A stretch of DNA of 61,610 nucleotides, counting the filler, from Candidatus Tectimicrobiota bacterium (GTDB taxonomy: Bacteria > JACPSX01), in assembly GCA_016193065.1 (NCBI GenBank). It is 5 parts of 5 records of this genome, joined end to end, with 100 filler letters (N's around TTAATTAATTAA, not from the genome) between each part and the next. Parts side by side here need not be neighbours in the genome. Positions count along the whole stretch, not along the records: positions 22,377 to 37,169 come from JACPSX010000126.1; positions 37,270 to 47,336 come from JACPSX010000124.1; 3 more parts are not named here. The stretch is one strand, 5' to 3'. Shown here piece after piece: positions 35,799 to 46,155 of the stretch (the stretch's first letter is position 1; every line of letters starts with the position of its first letter). A model generated the notes under the pieces. That model ran no database searches. It worked only from the letters and a program-made list of their open reading frames with translations, and was not told the DNA's origin. A program made the position numbers and the translations under genes.

Positions 35799-37169
35799 AT
35801 GGCGCCCCCCAGCAAATCCATCATTATAAAGGGAGCCAGGCAGCACAACTTAAAGAACCTGGATCTGGAAATCCCCCGGGACCGTCTCGTGGTCATCACG
35901 GGGCTCAGCGGTTCCGGGAAATCCTCCCTGGCCTTCGACACCCTGTACGCGGAAGGACAGCGACGCTATGTGGAATCCCTCTCCACGTATGCCCGCCAGT
36001 TTCTGGAGCAAATGGACAAGCCCGATGTGGAATTCATCACGGGGCTTTCTCCTGCCATTGCCATCGAACAGCGCACGACAAGCCACAACCCGCGCTCCAC
36101 GGTCGGAACCGTCACCGAGGTCTACGACTATCTGCGCCTTCTTTACGGCCGCACCGGCCGCCCTCACTGCTGCCGGTGCGGCAAGCCAATCAGCGCTCAA
36201 ACGGTGCAGAACATCGTGGACCGGCTCCTGGCTCTGCCCGCGGGCACCGCAGTCCACCTCCTGGCCCCTGTGGTCCGGGACCGCAAGGGGGAATTCCGGC
36301 GGGAAATCGAGGAGATGGTGCGCCGGGGATTCGTCCGGGCTCGAATTGACGGCACCGTGCGCGACCTTTCAGCAGCCATTGTCTTGCCCAAGAACAGGAA
36401 ACATTCCATCGAGGTCGTGGTTGACCGGATCTTTCTCAAAGAGGGGGTTGCCGGCCGCCTGGCGGATTCCGTGGAGCTGGCACTCAAGGTGGGGGATGGA
36501 CTGCTCCTCGTATCGACTCTGGGAGCCGGGGGGGAGGAAGAGGAGTTCTTGTGCAGCGAGAAGATGGCCTGCCTGGATTGCGGGATCAGCGTCCCGGAAC
36601 TGTCCCCCCGCATGTTTTCTTTCAACAGCCCCCACGGCGCCTGCCCCCAGTGCGGGGGTCTCGGCAGCCGGCGGGTGATTGACCCGGACTCCGTGATCTC
36701 CGATCCGCGCCTCACCTTACGGCAGGGCGCCATCGCGCCCTGGGCAAAGAAGAGTTCGCTGGCGTTTCATCAGAGTCTGGCCGCAGTGGCCGATCACTAT
36801 GGGTTTGACTTAAACGTTCCGTTTGGTGAACTGGACGAGCGTGCTCGCAGACTCCTGCTCTACGGTTCCGGAGGAGAGAAAGTCCGCTTCTGGTACGAGC
36901 GGGGTGGAAGGCGCCACACGTACGAGAAGGAGTTCGAAGGGGTGATACCGGCCCTGGAGAGGCGCTACCGCGAGGCGGAGTCGACCGAGGATCGGGGAGA
37001 AATCGAGCGCTTCATGGGAGTGCGTCCTTGCGAGGCGTGCGGGGGGATGCGCCTGAGGCCCGAGAGCCTGGCCGTTACCGTGGGAGGTCTCTCCATCGGG
37101 CAGATTTGCCGGCTTTCCCTGGCCGGGGCGCTGGAATTTTTCCAGGATGTTCCCATGACGGCCTTGGAA
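35799..37169 (+). CDS. uvrA: Excinuclease ABC subunit A, partial
   Basis: GARQHNLKN, GLSGSGKSSLAFDTLYAEGQRRYVESLS, FSFNSPHGACP. Confidence 0.98.
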
Positions 37170-37269
37170 NNNNNNNNNNNNNNNNNNNNNNNNNNNNNNN
37201 NNNNNNNNNNNNNTTAATTAATTAANNNNNNNNNNNNNNNNNNNNNNNNNNNNNNNNNNNNNNNNNNNN
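37170..37269. other. Artificial contig spacer
   Basis: N-run + TTAATTAATTAA + N-run. Confidence 0.98.
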
Positions 37270-37591
37270 AAGAGACTACATCCAGCGTGGTGACGATCTT
37301 GGCCAGCAGCGCGGGGTTCCGGTAAGTGACTCCGGTGACCAGTGTACCCAGACGGATCCGGGACGTGCGGGCGGCGATCCCGGCCAGCAAAGTGTAGGCC
37401 TCCAGCATCGGATCCGTGCGGAGGCCGACATTGGAAATTTGATAGAAATGGTCCATGACCCAGAGGGAGTCAAAGCCGGATTTCTCCGCGGCGCCGGCGA
37501 TATCGGTCAGCCGCTCGAACAACCGGTCCGCGGGAACGCCGGGATAGGTAAAGTTCGGAATCTGCAAACCGAAGTGCGGCATCTCTTTCAT
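37270..37591 (-). CDS. LLM-class (F420/flavin-dependent) oxidoreductase, partial
   Basis: AEKSGFDSLWVMDHFYQI, LGTLVTGVTYRNPALLAK. Confidence 0.9.
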
Positions 37592-37766
37592 CCTCTTGTC
37601 AGGGGCAATACCACGATTACCAGGGGCGGGCGGTCTTCGTCAAGGCAAAAATGCGGGGGGAGCCGGGAAGCGGTAACTTGACGATCACAGCGCGAGGATC
37701 TACCCTATGTCAGCAAAAGCATCTTTCGGGGTCCTTCCGCCGCTCTTGGCACGCGAGGGTGCTGCT

Positions 37767-38468
37767 ATGATCGAAATCGTCCGCGCCCACGAGCACTACC
37801 ACTTTCAGAACGACTGGCTTTCCAGTTTCTGGCATTTCTCCTTCGATGAATTTTATGATCCGAACAAAGTCGCTTTCGGCGCTCTGCGGGTCTTCAACGA
37901 TGACACGGTGCAACCCAACCGAGGATTCGGCACCCACTCCCACCGCGAGATGGAGATCGTCACCTATGTGATCAGCGGTCGAGTGGCCCACCGGGACAGC
38001 ACGGGATCCCAATTCCTGATCCAGCCCGGTGAGGCCCAGCGCATGAGCGCGGGGACCGGGATCAGCCACTCCGAGATGAATCCCGACCCCGATGAGCCCG
38101 TCCACTTTTTGCAGATCTGGATTATCCCGGCCGAAAAAGGGATCGAGCCGAGCTACGAACAGAAAGGGTTCCCCCGGGATCAGCGTCAAGGGGTCCTCTT
38201 GCCCATCGTTTCGGGGCAGGGGATTCCCGGAGGTCTCCGGATCCACCAAGACACCACATTCTATGTATCCTGCCTGAACAGCGGGGACAGCGTGACCCAC
38301 CACCTGGCTTCTGCGGCCCGCAAAAGTTATCTCTTTGTCATAGAAGGGAAAATACAGCTCAACGGGGAGGTGCTTCAGGCACGTGACGTCGCAAGACTAA
38401 CCGCGCACGATGATCTTCAAATAAAAGCTAGCGAGTCCTCAGAGTTGATTCTTCTGGACCTCCCCTGA
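37767..38468 (+). CDS. Pirin family protein (YhhW-like)
   Basis: HFSFDEFYDP, LRVFNDD, GFGTHSHREMEIVTYV, HSEMNP. Confidence 0.95.
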   Translation: MIEIVRAHEHYHFQNDWLSSFWHFSFDEFYDPNKVAFGALRVFNDDTVQPNRGFGTHSHREMEIVTYVISGRVAHRDSTGSQFLIQPGEAQRMSAGTGISHSEMNPDPDEPVHFLQIWIIPAEKGIEPSYEQKGFPRDQRQGVLLPIVSGQGIPGGLRIHQDTTFYVSCLNSGDSVTHHLASAARKSYLFVIEGKIQLNGEVLQARDVARLTAHDDLQIKASESSELILLDLP

Positions 38469-38530
38469 GGCCAGCTTGAAACAATCGTTGCCCCCCAGTT
38501 TATCATCAAGGAATTATTACGCCCCTCAGA

Positions 38531-38645
38531 TCCTCGGGGGCGCCCCCTTGGGCTCCCGAACGGCTTGCGGCGAGACTCTTCCGAGCCAAATCAAGGGGTA
38601 TCGAGCGCAACCCGTGAGGTTGCCTGCGGGGGCTACCCCGTCGGA
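38531..38645. repeat. ~115-nt MITE-like element, divergent copy C
   Basis: Shares both ends with copy B (tcctcggggg-gcccccttgggctc...; ...gcctgcgggggc-acccc-tcgga); middle differs. Confidence 0.65.
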
Positions 38646-38721
38646 CCCAAAAGACCGAAGAGGCTGCCCCGTTCGCCATTCCGTATGGGGAAACTGGGGT
38701 TGGGTAAGCGAAATAATCTTC

Positions 38722-38750
38722 TTGACACTCCTGGATTGTGCCGATAATAT
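38722..38750 (+). promoter_or_regulatory. Sigma70-type promoter of the RRM gene
   Basis: TTGACA-N17-TAATAT, about 190 nt upstream of the start. Confidence 0.6.
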
Positions 38751-38945
38751 AACTGCACACTCATCAGGGAGGGTCTCATGGTGGGTGGCATTGTGAACGG
38801 AGAGACCCTAGACCGATATTGGCTTGCGACAGGAAAATGACCGGAATGCGTGCCTTGAGAGTTCCTCGGTTTGGATGCCTTCAAGACTCCCCTTCCTCTC
38901 GGTCCCTGATCCCCAAGACAATGTCAATGATTGAAGGAGGTACCT

Positions 38946-39254
38946 GTGGGTACTAAGTTGTACGTAGGGAATTTGCCCTATACAACGACCGAGGAGCAGC
39001 TCAGTGAGCTCTTCTCAAAGCATGGAAACGTCCTGTCGGCCCGCGTGGTCACGGACAAATACACGGGCCGCTCCCGAGGCTTCGGCTTCATCGAGATGTC
39101 GAGCCCCGACGAGGCCCAGCAGGCGATCAACAGCCTGGACGGCGCTCAGATGGGTGGCCGGGCCCTCAAGGTCAACGAGGCCAAGCCCCAGGAAAGGCGC
39201 GAAGGCAGCTACGGCGGCGGCGGTGGCAGGGGCCGGCGCGAGGAGCGCTGGTAA
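38946..39254 (+). CDS. RRM RNA-binding protein
   Basis: KLYVGNL (RNP2), RGFGFIEM (RNP1), Gly-rich tail; GTG start after AAGGAGG. Confidence 0.96.
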   Translation: MGTKLYVGNLPYTTTEEQLSELFSKHGNVLSARVVTDKYTGRSRGFGFIEMSSPDEAQQAINSLDGAQMGGRALKVNEAKPQERREGSYGGGGGRGRREERW

Positions 39255-39294
39255 AGTAATTTAGACTGATACCATAGCTTCACACATCAGTCCG

Positions 39295-39332
39295 GAAGGG
39301 GTCACTCTGGAGGAGTGACCCCTTCTTTTTTT
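39295..39332 (+). terminator. Rho-independent terminator
   Basis: gaaggggtcactc-tggag-gagtgaccccttc followed by T7. Confidence 0.9.
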
Positions 39333-39440
39333 CTCCGGCCTTCCCGGAGAGCAAACGAGCGAGACCGCTAACAAGTCCTACCCGGAGCCTGTGCCCCAGT
39401 GTATACTTTCCACAATCACTTCCCAAAAGAGGAGAATCCT

Positions 39441-39950
39441 ATGTCCACCCAGCCAGTGCCGGAGGCTCTCAACCCCGATATCCGCAAGCGGGACATCGTC
39501 GTGGAAGCGGACGGCGAAACTCTGGAGAAGATGCTCAAAATGGGTCACGTGCGCGGGTTCACCGTGATGTGCGATGAAGGAGAACGTGTCGGCGGGAACG
39601 ACACGGCACCCTCTCCTCTGGCCTACTTCACCATCGGAATCGGATTTTGACTGCTCACCCAGGTTGCCCGGTACGGGCACATGATGAAGGTCCAGATCGA
39701 CAAGGCGCGGGTGCGGGTTGTGGGGAAGTACCACTCCGAGGGCTCTGTCCTCGCCCAGACGATTCAGGCGCACTGCCAGGGAGTGGAGACCCACCTGGAG
39801 GTCGAGTCGCCGGAACTCCCGGAGAAGGTGGCTGGCGTGATTCGCAACGCGGAAAACGGTTGCTACACGATCCAGGCCATCAAGAATCCGGCCCCCGTGC
39901 AGACCACGGTCTCCCTGAACGGCAAACCCTTCGACTGGGAATCCTACTAG
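39441..39950 (+). CDS. OsmC-like protein, probable selenoprotein (UGA at codon 70)
   Basis: CDEGERVGGNDTAPSPLAYFTIGIGF-TGA-LLTQVARY...AENGCY is one continuous frame; a hairpin follows the UGA. Confidence 0.8.
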
Positions 39951-39951
39951 A

Positions 39952-39997
39952 AAATCCCCCTGCTCCCCCCTTTAAAAAGGGGGGCAAGGGGGGATTT
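39952..39997. repeat. CCCCCTTT/AAAGGGGG palindromic repeat between convergent genes
   Basis: aaatccccctgctccccccttt-aa-aaaggggggcaaggggggattt. Confidence 0.7.
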
Positions 39998-40044
39998 CGC
40001 AAGGGAGGGAGTGAACAGGACATTTTCGGATCAGGGTTAGAGGA

Positions 40045-40755
40045 TCACACTCCCAGGAGGGTCTTACGGAGCGCCCCCTCGCTCTGCAGTTGTTCCGCGC
40101 CCCCCTCGAAGACCATGAGTCCGTTCTGCATGCCGTAGATCCGGTCGGCGCAATCGAGAACCCGGACCACGTTTTGTTCCACGAGGAGAATCGAGGTCCG
40201 GTAACGATCCCGGATCGAGCGGATGACCTCGAAGAGCCTCTGCACCAGGAGGGGAGCCAGGCCCCCCGAGGGCTCGTCCAGCATGAGCAGCTTGGGGCCG
40301 GCCGCAAGGCCCATGCCGATGGCCAGCATTTGCCGCTCCCCGCCGCTGAGGACTCCGGCTTTGCCGTTGCGGCGCTCCTTCAAGACCGGAAACAGGCTGT
40401 AGATCCGGGAGAGGTTTTCCTCGAGACGGGGGGGGTCGGACAGCGTGCACCCACCCATCTCCAGATTCTCCGCCACGGTCAGCTCCGTGAACACGATCCC
40501 CCCCTGGGGCACGTAAACCATCCCCTCGCGGATGTTGACGAACGGCTTGCGGCCGCTCACCGTCTCCCCCTGAAAAACCACTTCGCCCCGATCCAGAGGA
40601 AGCACCCCGACAATGGCTTTGAGGAGTGTCGTTTTGCCGGCGCCGTTGTGGCCAATGAGTCCCACGATCTCTCCCGGTTCGACGCGCAGGGAAACGCCCT
40701 TGACGACCGTTTTCCCCGAGTAGGAGACTTCAACTCCAGCGACGTTCAGCAGCAT
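40045..40755 (-). CDS. Branched-chain amino acid-type ABC ATPase (LivF-like)
   Basis: GHNGAGKTT, LSGGERQMLA, LDEPSGGLAP. Confidence 0.93.
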   Translation of the reverse strand: MLLNVAGVEVSYSGKTVVKGVSLRVEPGEIVGLIGHNGAGKTTLLKAIVGVLPLDRGEVVFQGETVSGRKPFVNIREGMVYVPQGGIVFTELTVAENLEMGGCTLSDPPRLEENLSRIYSLFPVLKERRNGKAGVLSGGERQMLAIGMGLAAGPKLLMLDEPSGGLAPLLVQRLFEVIRSIRDRYRTSILLVEQNVVRVLDCADRIYGMQNGLMVFEGGAEQLQSEGALRKTLLGV

Positions 40756-41521
40756 GAGCAGTCCCCAGATAGGCTTTGAGAAGTTCCGGGTGATTTCGGA
40801 CCGCTTCCGGCGGCCCCTCGAGTATCACCCCGCCCTCCACGAGAACGACGAGATAATCGGAAATCCCCATGACCACTTCCATATTGTGCTCGATGAGAAG
40901 GATCGTCTTCCCCCCCTGGGCGACGGTCTTCTGAAAAAGATCCGAGAGGCGGTTCACCATGGACCCGTCCAGCCCCACGGTGGGCTCGTCGAGCAGCAGG
41001 AGCTCCGCCCCCGTGGCCAATACCCGGCCGAAGCTCAGGAGCCGCTGCTCCCCGAAGGAGAGGTCGTGGGCCAGGACCTCGGCCCGCTTCTCCAGCTCGA
41101 TGAAGCGCAGAATCTCCTGCGCCCGCTCCACAGCGGGCCCGTCCCGATGCGAACCACGGGGGGCGAAAATGGCGTGCAGCGGATTCTCACCACGCTGGCC
41201 GGGGACCGCCACCAGGATATTTTCCAGCACCGTGAGGTGGCGGAACACGCGGGGGTCCTGGAGCATGCGCCCGATCCCCAGGGTGGGGATCCGGTGCGGG
41301 GGCATCCCGTTGAGCTTCCTGCCGCGGTAGAGGATCTCCCCGGAATCCAGCGGGAGAAGGCCCGAGATCAGGTTGAAGATCGTCGTCTTGCCGGCGCCGT
41401 TGGGGCCGATGAGGCTGGTGATCTTCCCCTCTTCCACGGAAAAACTGACGTGGTTTACCGCCCGCAGGCCTTCGAAATCTTTCACTCCGTCCCGGACTTC
41501 GAGCAGAGCCATGGCCGTCAC
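40730..41521 (-). CDS. Branched-chain amino acid-type ABC ATPase (LivG-like)
   Basis: GPNGAGKTT, LSFGEQR, IEHNM. Confidence 0.93.
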   Translation of the reverse strand: MTAMALLEVRDGVKDFEGLRAVNHVSFSVEEGKITSLIGPNGAGKTTIFNLISGLLPLDSGEILYRGRKLNGMPPHRIPTLGIGRMLQDPRVFRHLTVLENILVAVPGQRGENPLHAIFAPRGSHRDGPAVERAQEILRFIELEKRAEVLAHDLSFGEQRLLSFGRVLATGAELLLLDEPTVGLDGSMVNRLSDLFQKTVAQGGKTILLIEHNMEVVMGISDYLVVLVEGGVILEGPPEAVRNHPELLKAYLGTAHAAERRWS

Positions 41522-42387
41522 TCAAAGCGATAGCGGCCCACAAAGCCCTGGGGCCGGTACAACATGAGGCCCATGAGCAGGAGGCCGAAGATCATCTGCT
41601 GCACGGGTCCCGCCACGGCGCTGGGCAGTCCCACGAAGCGCAAGCCCTCGGGGAGCAGGATCAGAATGGCGGCGCCCAGGATCGATCCCCACCAGTTCCC
41701 GCTCCCCCCGATGATGACGATCGTGAAGATGAAGATGGACTCTCCCAGGGCAAAGCTGTCGGGCCCGATGTAGCGGATGTAGTGAGCATAGAGCCCGCCG
41801 ATGAGGGCCGCCATGCCCCCGGCCGCCGCGGACGCCAGAACTTTGTAGAGCCCCACGTTCTTGCCCAGGATCAGCGCCGGCACCTCGTCGTCGCGGATGG
41901 CTCTCAGCGTGCGCCCGAACGGGGACTCCACGAGGCGATGCAGAGCCCACAGGATCACAACCGCGGCGAGAAGGGTCAAGCCAAAATAGCTCCAGTTGGA
42001 AGTGAAGGGGAGCCCCGCCAGCGTGGGCCGCGGAATTCCGTAAATCCCGAAGGGGCCGTTGGTCAGCGACACCCAGTTGTGAAAGATGCCGTGGGTGATG
42101 ATCTGCAACCCCATGGTGGCCAGGATGAAGTAGTCGTCCCGGAACCGCAGGAAGAGGGCAGCAGCGAGAGCGGCGACCAGGGCGGCAACCGTAACGGCGG
42201 CTCCCAGCCCGAGGAAAGGGTTCACCCCCAACTTGGTGACCAGGAGCGCCGAGGTGTAGGCCCCGATGCCGTAGAAGACCGCATGGGCGAGCGACAGAAG
42301 CCCCGCGTAACCCACCATCAGGTTCAGGGAGGCGCCGAGCACGCTGTAAATGACGATGAGCGTGAGGAGATGCAGTAGATACGCCAT
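41518..42387 (-). CDS. ABC permease (LivM-like)
   Basis: GYAGLLSLAHAVFYGIGAY, SPFGRTLRAIRDDE. Confidence 0.92.
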   Translation of the reverse strand: MAYLLHLLTLIVIYSVLGASLNLMVGYAGLLSLAHAVFYGIGAYTSALLVTKLGVNPFLGLGAAVTVAALVAALAAALFLRFRDDYFILATMGLQIITHGIFHNWVSLTNGPFGIYGIPRPTLAGLPFTSNWSYFGLTLLAAVVILWALHRLVESPFGRTLRAIRDDEVPALILGKNVGLYKVLASAAAGGMAALIGGLYAHYIRYIGPDSFALGESIFIFTIVIIGGSGNWWGSILGAAILILLPEGLRFVGLPSAVAGPVQQMIFGLLLMGLMLYRPQGFVGRYRFE

Positions 42388-42388
42388 G

Positions 42389-43267
42389 CTAGGCCCCTCT
42401 CACCGCGAGCTTCTTGCCGAAGATCCCCTGGGGCCGGAACAGGAGAAAGAGGACCAGGATCGCGAAGGCGATCGTGTTTTGCCAAGCCGCCGAGATCTCG
42501 ATGACGGCCAGGTTCTGCACCAGGCCCAGGATGAAGGCGCCGATGGCCGCCCCGGGCAGGTACCCCACTCCCCCCACAATCACGGACACCGCCGCCACCA
42601 GCACGATGGCGAATCCCGTGTCGGGACGGACCCCCACGTCAAGGCTCACGAAGACGGAGGCCAGGGCCGCCAGCCCCGATCCCAGGGCGAGGATGTAGAG
42701 ATAGAGCCGGTCCACGTGGATCCCCACGGTCACGGCCAGCTCCGTATTGTTGGCCAGAGCCCTCATCTCCTTGCCCAAGCGGCTGCGTCTGAAAAAGAGC
42801 TGCAGCCCGGCAAACACCGCCAGGGAGACGGCCAGCGCCACGACGTGCAGGGAGGTGAGGGTCACCACGCCCAGGTCGTACGCCTCCAGGGGGCCCTGGC
42901 GGATCACCAGGGTCTCCGTCCCGAAGACGGCCGCCACCAGGTTTTGCAGGAAGATAAAGAGGCCCAGGGAGCTGATCATGTACGTGGCCAGGCCCGCCCC
43001 CCGCCGGCGCAGGGGCCGGTACACCACGAGTTCGATCAGCCCGCCAAAGAACGCGACCAAAACAACCGTAACCAACGCAGCGGGGATGAACGGCAGTCCC
43101 AGCTTGGCGCCGATCAGAAAGAGCACGTAGCCGGCCAGGGTGTACACCGCCCCGTGGGCCACGTGAAAGATCTTGCTCGTGTTGTAGACAATAGCAAAGC
43201 CCAGGGCCATCAAAGCGTAGATGGTCCCGCCCACGATGCCATTGACCAGGAACTGGAGAATAACCAC
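42389..43267 (-). CDS. ABC permease (LivH-like)
   Basis: QFLVNGIVGGTIYALMALGF, IFHVAHG, FRPQGIFG; likely GTG at 43267. Confidence 0.92.
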   Translation of the reverse strand: MVILQFLVNGIVGGTIYALMALGFAIVYNTSKIFHVAHGAVYTLAGYVLFLIGAKLGLPFIPAALVTVVLVAFFGGLIELVVYRPLRRRGAGLATYMISSLGLFIFLQNLVAAVFGTETLVIRQGPLEAYDLGVVTLTSLHVVALAVSLAVFAGLQLFFRRSRLGKEMRALANNTELAVTVGIHVDRLYLYILALGSGLAALASVFVSLDVGVRPDTGFAIVLVAAVSVIVGGVGYLPGAAIGAFILGLVQNLAVIEISAAWQNTIAFAILVLFLLFRPQGIFGKKLAVRGA

Positions 43268-43436
43268 GGTCAGCTCCGATCCGAAAATAGGGGCTCTGCA
43301 CCAGTTCGGGACAAACGACCCCACGCCTTTCTCCGTTCGGCCCTGTCAAAGGTTGAACGGAGTGGACAGTGATTTGCGCCGCGCCGTCAAAGGGGTTCTT
43401 CACCGCATGTCCGGCCGATCGGAACCACACTGCGAC

Positions 43437-44807
43437 TTAAAGCTTGGCTACGTCGATCCGCCGTTTGTCCTCCTTAAACGGCACCTTGGTAACAGTAGCG
43501 CGGATCTCTCTCTGAGGACCACCTCGATCCCCCCAAACGACTGTAACGTCCATCCCCGGCTCGGCAAAGTCCTTGTCGATCACGCAAAGGGAGATCATTT
43601 GGCGGAAATAAGGACTATAAACGCGAGATGTGGAGCACCCGACAACGTTTCCATCCTTCAGGACTTTATCGGGATCCAACGAGTGTTTATGATTGACCCG
43701 GGGCAGTTCCATCGGGGTGGGTATCGGCCCTGCGCGGAACAAGGCAGCATAGACATCAATAACGTCTTCACTATTCCATTTGAGTCCAACGATCCGCCGG
43801 GCGGGTCCGCCGGCGTTCTTCTCAACAATGAGTGCTTCTCGTCCCATGAAGTCGTGGGTGTCGAGAGAGACTTCTTTATCCCAGCCAAGCTCAAAGGGCG
43901 AACGCATTAGTTCGCTGGGATCGGACCATTCATAGCTTCCGCCTTTGGTGTCCAGTTTGTGGGCCTTCGAGCTCCCTCCCGTTGTCGATGCTGCGGGCCA
44001 GAAGTCTCTGCCGATGGTGGGGAAGCAGCCTTCAACGTGGCTGATCAGTTGCGACCTTCCGCCAAGTAATCTGAGCCCGAATTCTTTGCCTGCTTCGTGG
44101 ATAGCCACCCAAATGTCATTACCGATCTCTGAGGGGCCATGAACTTCGTATCCCAGTTCTCCGGTCACGCCCGTCCTGAGAATGCGGACATCGTGTTGCC
44201 CGATCTTCGTCATCCTGGTGTAACTAAACTTAATATCCCGCAGGTTTTCCCGGGTCGTCTTCTCCATTACGTATAAGGACTTCGGCCCTTGTATGACGAA
44301 CACGAATTCGTCAGGGCTGTCGATCCTTGCTTCAGCGTTTCGTTTGGCCTGCTGGAACCAATAGCTGAGCCAGTAAGCCCCGCCGCCGCTGTATCTATAC
44401 TCTTCCTCGGAAATCTTGTAGAGGATGCCCTCGCCAGCCACTTTTCCCTGCTCGTTCGTTTGTATCGCATGTTTGATTTGGCCGAGATTGAATTTGTGCA
44501 GGTTATTTACACAGTAGTAGCTAAGGAACTCCAGCGCATCGGGACCCTTAATACGGAACTTGGTGAGTGCGCTCCAGTCACCCAGATAGGCCGTTTCGTG
44601 AAAGGACAAGCCTTCCTCGATGAAGTTAGTGTATTGCCAGGGAATCCATTCGGAGATGAACTTCCACATGATGTTGCAGGCGCCATGGTTCTCCTGGGCT
44701 GCCGCGGCCGGACTGAATACGGCTGGTCGCTCAAAATAGAAGGGCCGATCCCACTCAAGCGACCTCCTGTATTCCTCGCGAAACTTTTGGATGTCCAGTT
44801 GTGACAT
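43437..44807 (-). CDS. GcvT-family aminomethyltransferase (aryl O-demethylase LigM/DesA-like)
   Basis: KGPDALEFL, IQGPKS, GVTGELGYEVHGP, SPFELGW, VTVVWGD; visibly more AT-rich than its flanks. Confidence 0.82.
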   Translation of the reverse strand: MSQLDIQKFREEYRRSLEWDRPFYFERPAVFSPAAAAQENHGACNIMWKFISEWIPWQYTNFIEEGLSFHETAYLGDWSALTKFRIKGPDALEFLSYYCVNNLHKFNLGQIKHAIQTNEQGKVAGEGILYKISEEEYRYSGGGAYWLSYWFQQAKRNAEARIDSPDEFVFVIQGPKSLYVMEKTTRENLRDIKFSYTRMTKIGQHDVRILRTGVTGELGYEVHGPSEIGNDIWVAIHEAGKEFGLRLLGGRSQLISHVEGCFPTIGRDFWPAASTTGGSSKAHKLDTKGGSYEWSDPSELMRSPFELGWDKEVSLDTHDFMGREALIVEKNAGGPARRIVGLKWNSEDVIDVYAALFRAGPIPTPMELPRVNHKHSLDPDKVLKDGNVVGCSTSRVYSPYFRQMISLCVIDKDFAEPGMDVTVVWGDRGGPQREIRATVTKVPFKEDKRRIDVAKL

Positions 44808-44846
44808 GAATAAGCTCCCTGCACTCTAAGCTTGGATGAGTAAATT

Positions 44847-44966
44847 AAGGTGTGCGGATCTCCAACTGGGGTAGCCGAGCCGCCGGTTGACCGAATTATA
44901 ACCCCGGATCCGGCCGAGGTTTACGATGTGGCGGAAGTTCCAACTGACCAGCATATCCACCCGCGC
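44847..44966 (-). pseudogene. PIN-domain protein C-terminal remnant
   Basis: Hand translation: ARVDMLVSWNFRHIVNLGRIRGYNSVNRRLGYP, a frameshift, then LEIRTP*. Confidence 0.7.
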
Positions 44967-45100
44967 TCGTATTGGGCACGCTCGGGCCGGGTTGCTTTGC
45001 GTGCCGAGACAATCCAGATCGATTCATCCTCACCTCGGAAACAATGGACCACTACGAGAATTCTCAGAGAAGCGCTCAACCCAAGCAAGATGAACCGATC
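44960..45100 (-). pseudogene. BrnT-family toxin C-terminal remnant
   Basis: Hand translation: DRFILLGLSASLRILVVVHCFRGEDESIWIVSARKATRPERAQYE; no start codon. Confidence 0.75.
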
Positions 45101-45118
45101 GCCAGCCGCTGTACACTG

Positions 45119-45499
45119 TTACCGTAGCTTCCACCAATCGTCGGCCGTAAAAGTCTTCAGCCTGTCGAAGTACGGCTTGTGTCTCTCGATGTCACTACCG
45201 GTGACTTTTCCACCCAGAAGGTGCTGCAGGTGTTCGCTCAAGACGGACGCAATGGCATGAACCGCGTCGTGCCGGCTTAACCCCTCCTCTTGGAGTCGAG
45301 CGAGCGTATCGACCACAACTGTCTCGACGAGCGCAAGCTGATTCTCGACGATCACGTGCATGCCCGCATGCAGCCGCGCATTCGGGAGGCGAATCCGCTT
45401 GCGTCGATGATAGGACTCCACGAGCTCGATTCGCTCACCTTCGCCCACACCCAACCAGTCGTCAGCGTCTGGCCCTCTCTCGGGATCGTATCTCTTCAA
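45119..45499 (-). CDS. Conserved hypothetical protein
   Basis: RLHAGMHVIVENQLA, EGLSRHDAVHAI; GGGAGG RBS with TTG start. Confidence 0.7.
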   Translation of the reverse strand: MKRYDPERGPDADDWLGVGEGERIELVESYHRRKRIRLPNARLHAGMHVIVENQLALVETVVVDTLARLQEEGLSRHDAVHAIASVLSEHLQHLLGGKVTGSDIERHKPYFDRLKTFTADDWWKLR

Positions 45500-45588
45500 G
45501 GATCCCTCCCGTTCGTCCTTCCGGGTCCCTCTAAGAGCTTGGCGATAATCTCGATGACGAGCAAGTACCTGTCCGTATCATCGCACGG

Positions 45589-46155
45589 TTAGACAGCGAC
45601 GCCAGCCGTGCGGCAGGCTGCTTCCCACTGCGATTGAAGATCGAGATCCCGGACCCAGCGCTCGATGTATGCGCGGTCGAGTTCACCCCATCGGATTCTG
45701 AGGATTCCGGAAACGTCCTCGATCTGCCGCTCGGACTGCCCGAGCTTCGCCCATTCCAGCTTGGACACAATCACGTCCTCCGCACTCGCGATGAACAAGC
45801 GAAGGCCCTGAAAGTCGATGGCGGTACGACGATCAAACTCTGCGCTGCTGAACGGCCTGGACTTCCGGATGATGAGATCCACCTTCCAGCCCGTCGCAAG
45901 GTCGACTAGGTTGAACTGTGTTTGCCGCCGTTGTGCATCCAGCACGGCCTCCAAGTCCACATAGTACTCGGAATCCGGCAACAGCCGAACGAGCGAGCGC
46001 AACTGGTCAGGCGTGGCCGAGATGACAATGTCAATGTCTTGGGTCGCGCGCGGGACGCCATGATACGAACTGGCGAACGACCCAGTCAGCATGTACGGGA
46101 TGCCTGCCTGGTCGAGTACCTCGGCGATGCGACGAAAGATTTCCTGTGCGGTCAC
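45589..46155 (-). CDS. Nucleotidyltransferase-fold protein
   Basis: YMLTGSFASSYHGVPRATQDIDIV (GS...DxD), SAEDVIVSKLEW. Confidence 0.8.
   Translation of the reverse strand: MTAQEIFRRIAEVLDQAGIPYMLTGSFASSYHGVPRATQDIDIVISATPDQLRSLVRLLPDSEYYVDLEAVLDAQRRQTQFNLVDLATGWKVDLIIRKSRPFSSAEFDRRTAIDFQGLRLFIASAEDVIVSKLEWAKLGQSERQIEDVSGILRIRWGELDRAYIERWVRDLDLQSQWEAACRTAGVAV

Noticed and set aside
38740-38747. Perfect GCCGATAA sigma28 -10 box upstream of the RRM gene
   Set aside because: No TAAA-like -35 at the right spacing; the overlapping TTGACA-N17-TAATAT explains the site better.
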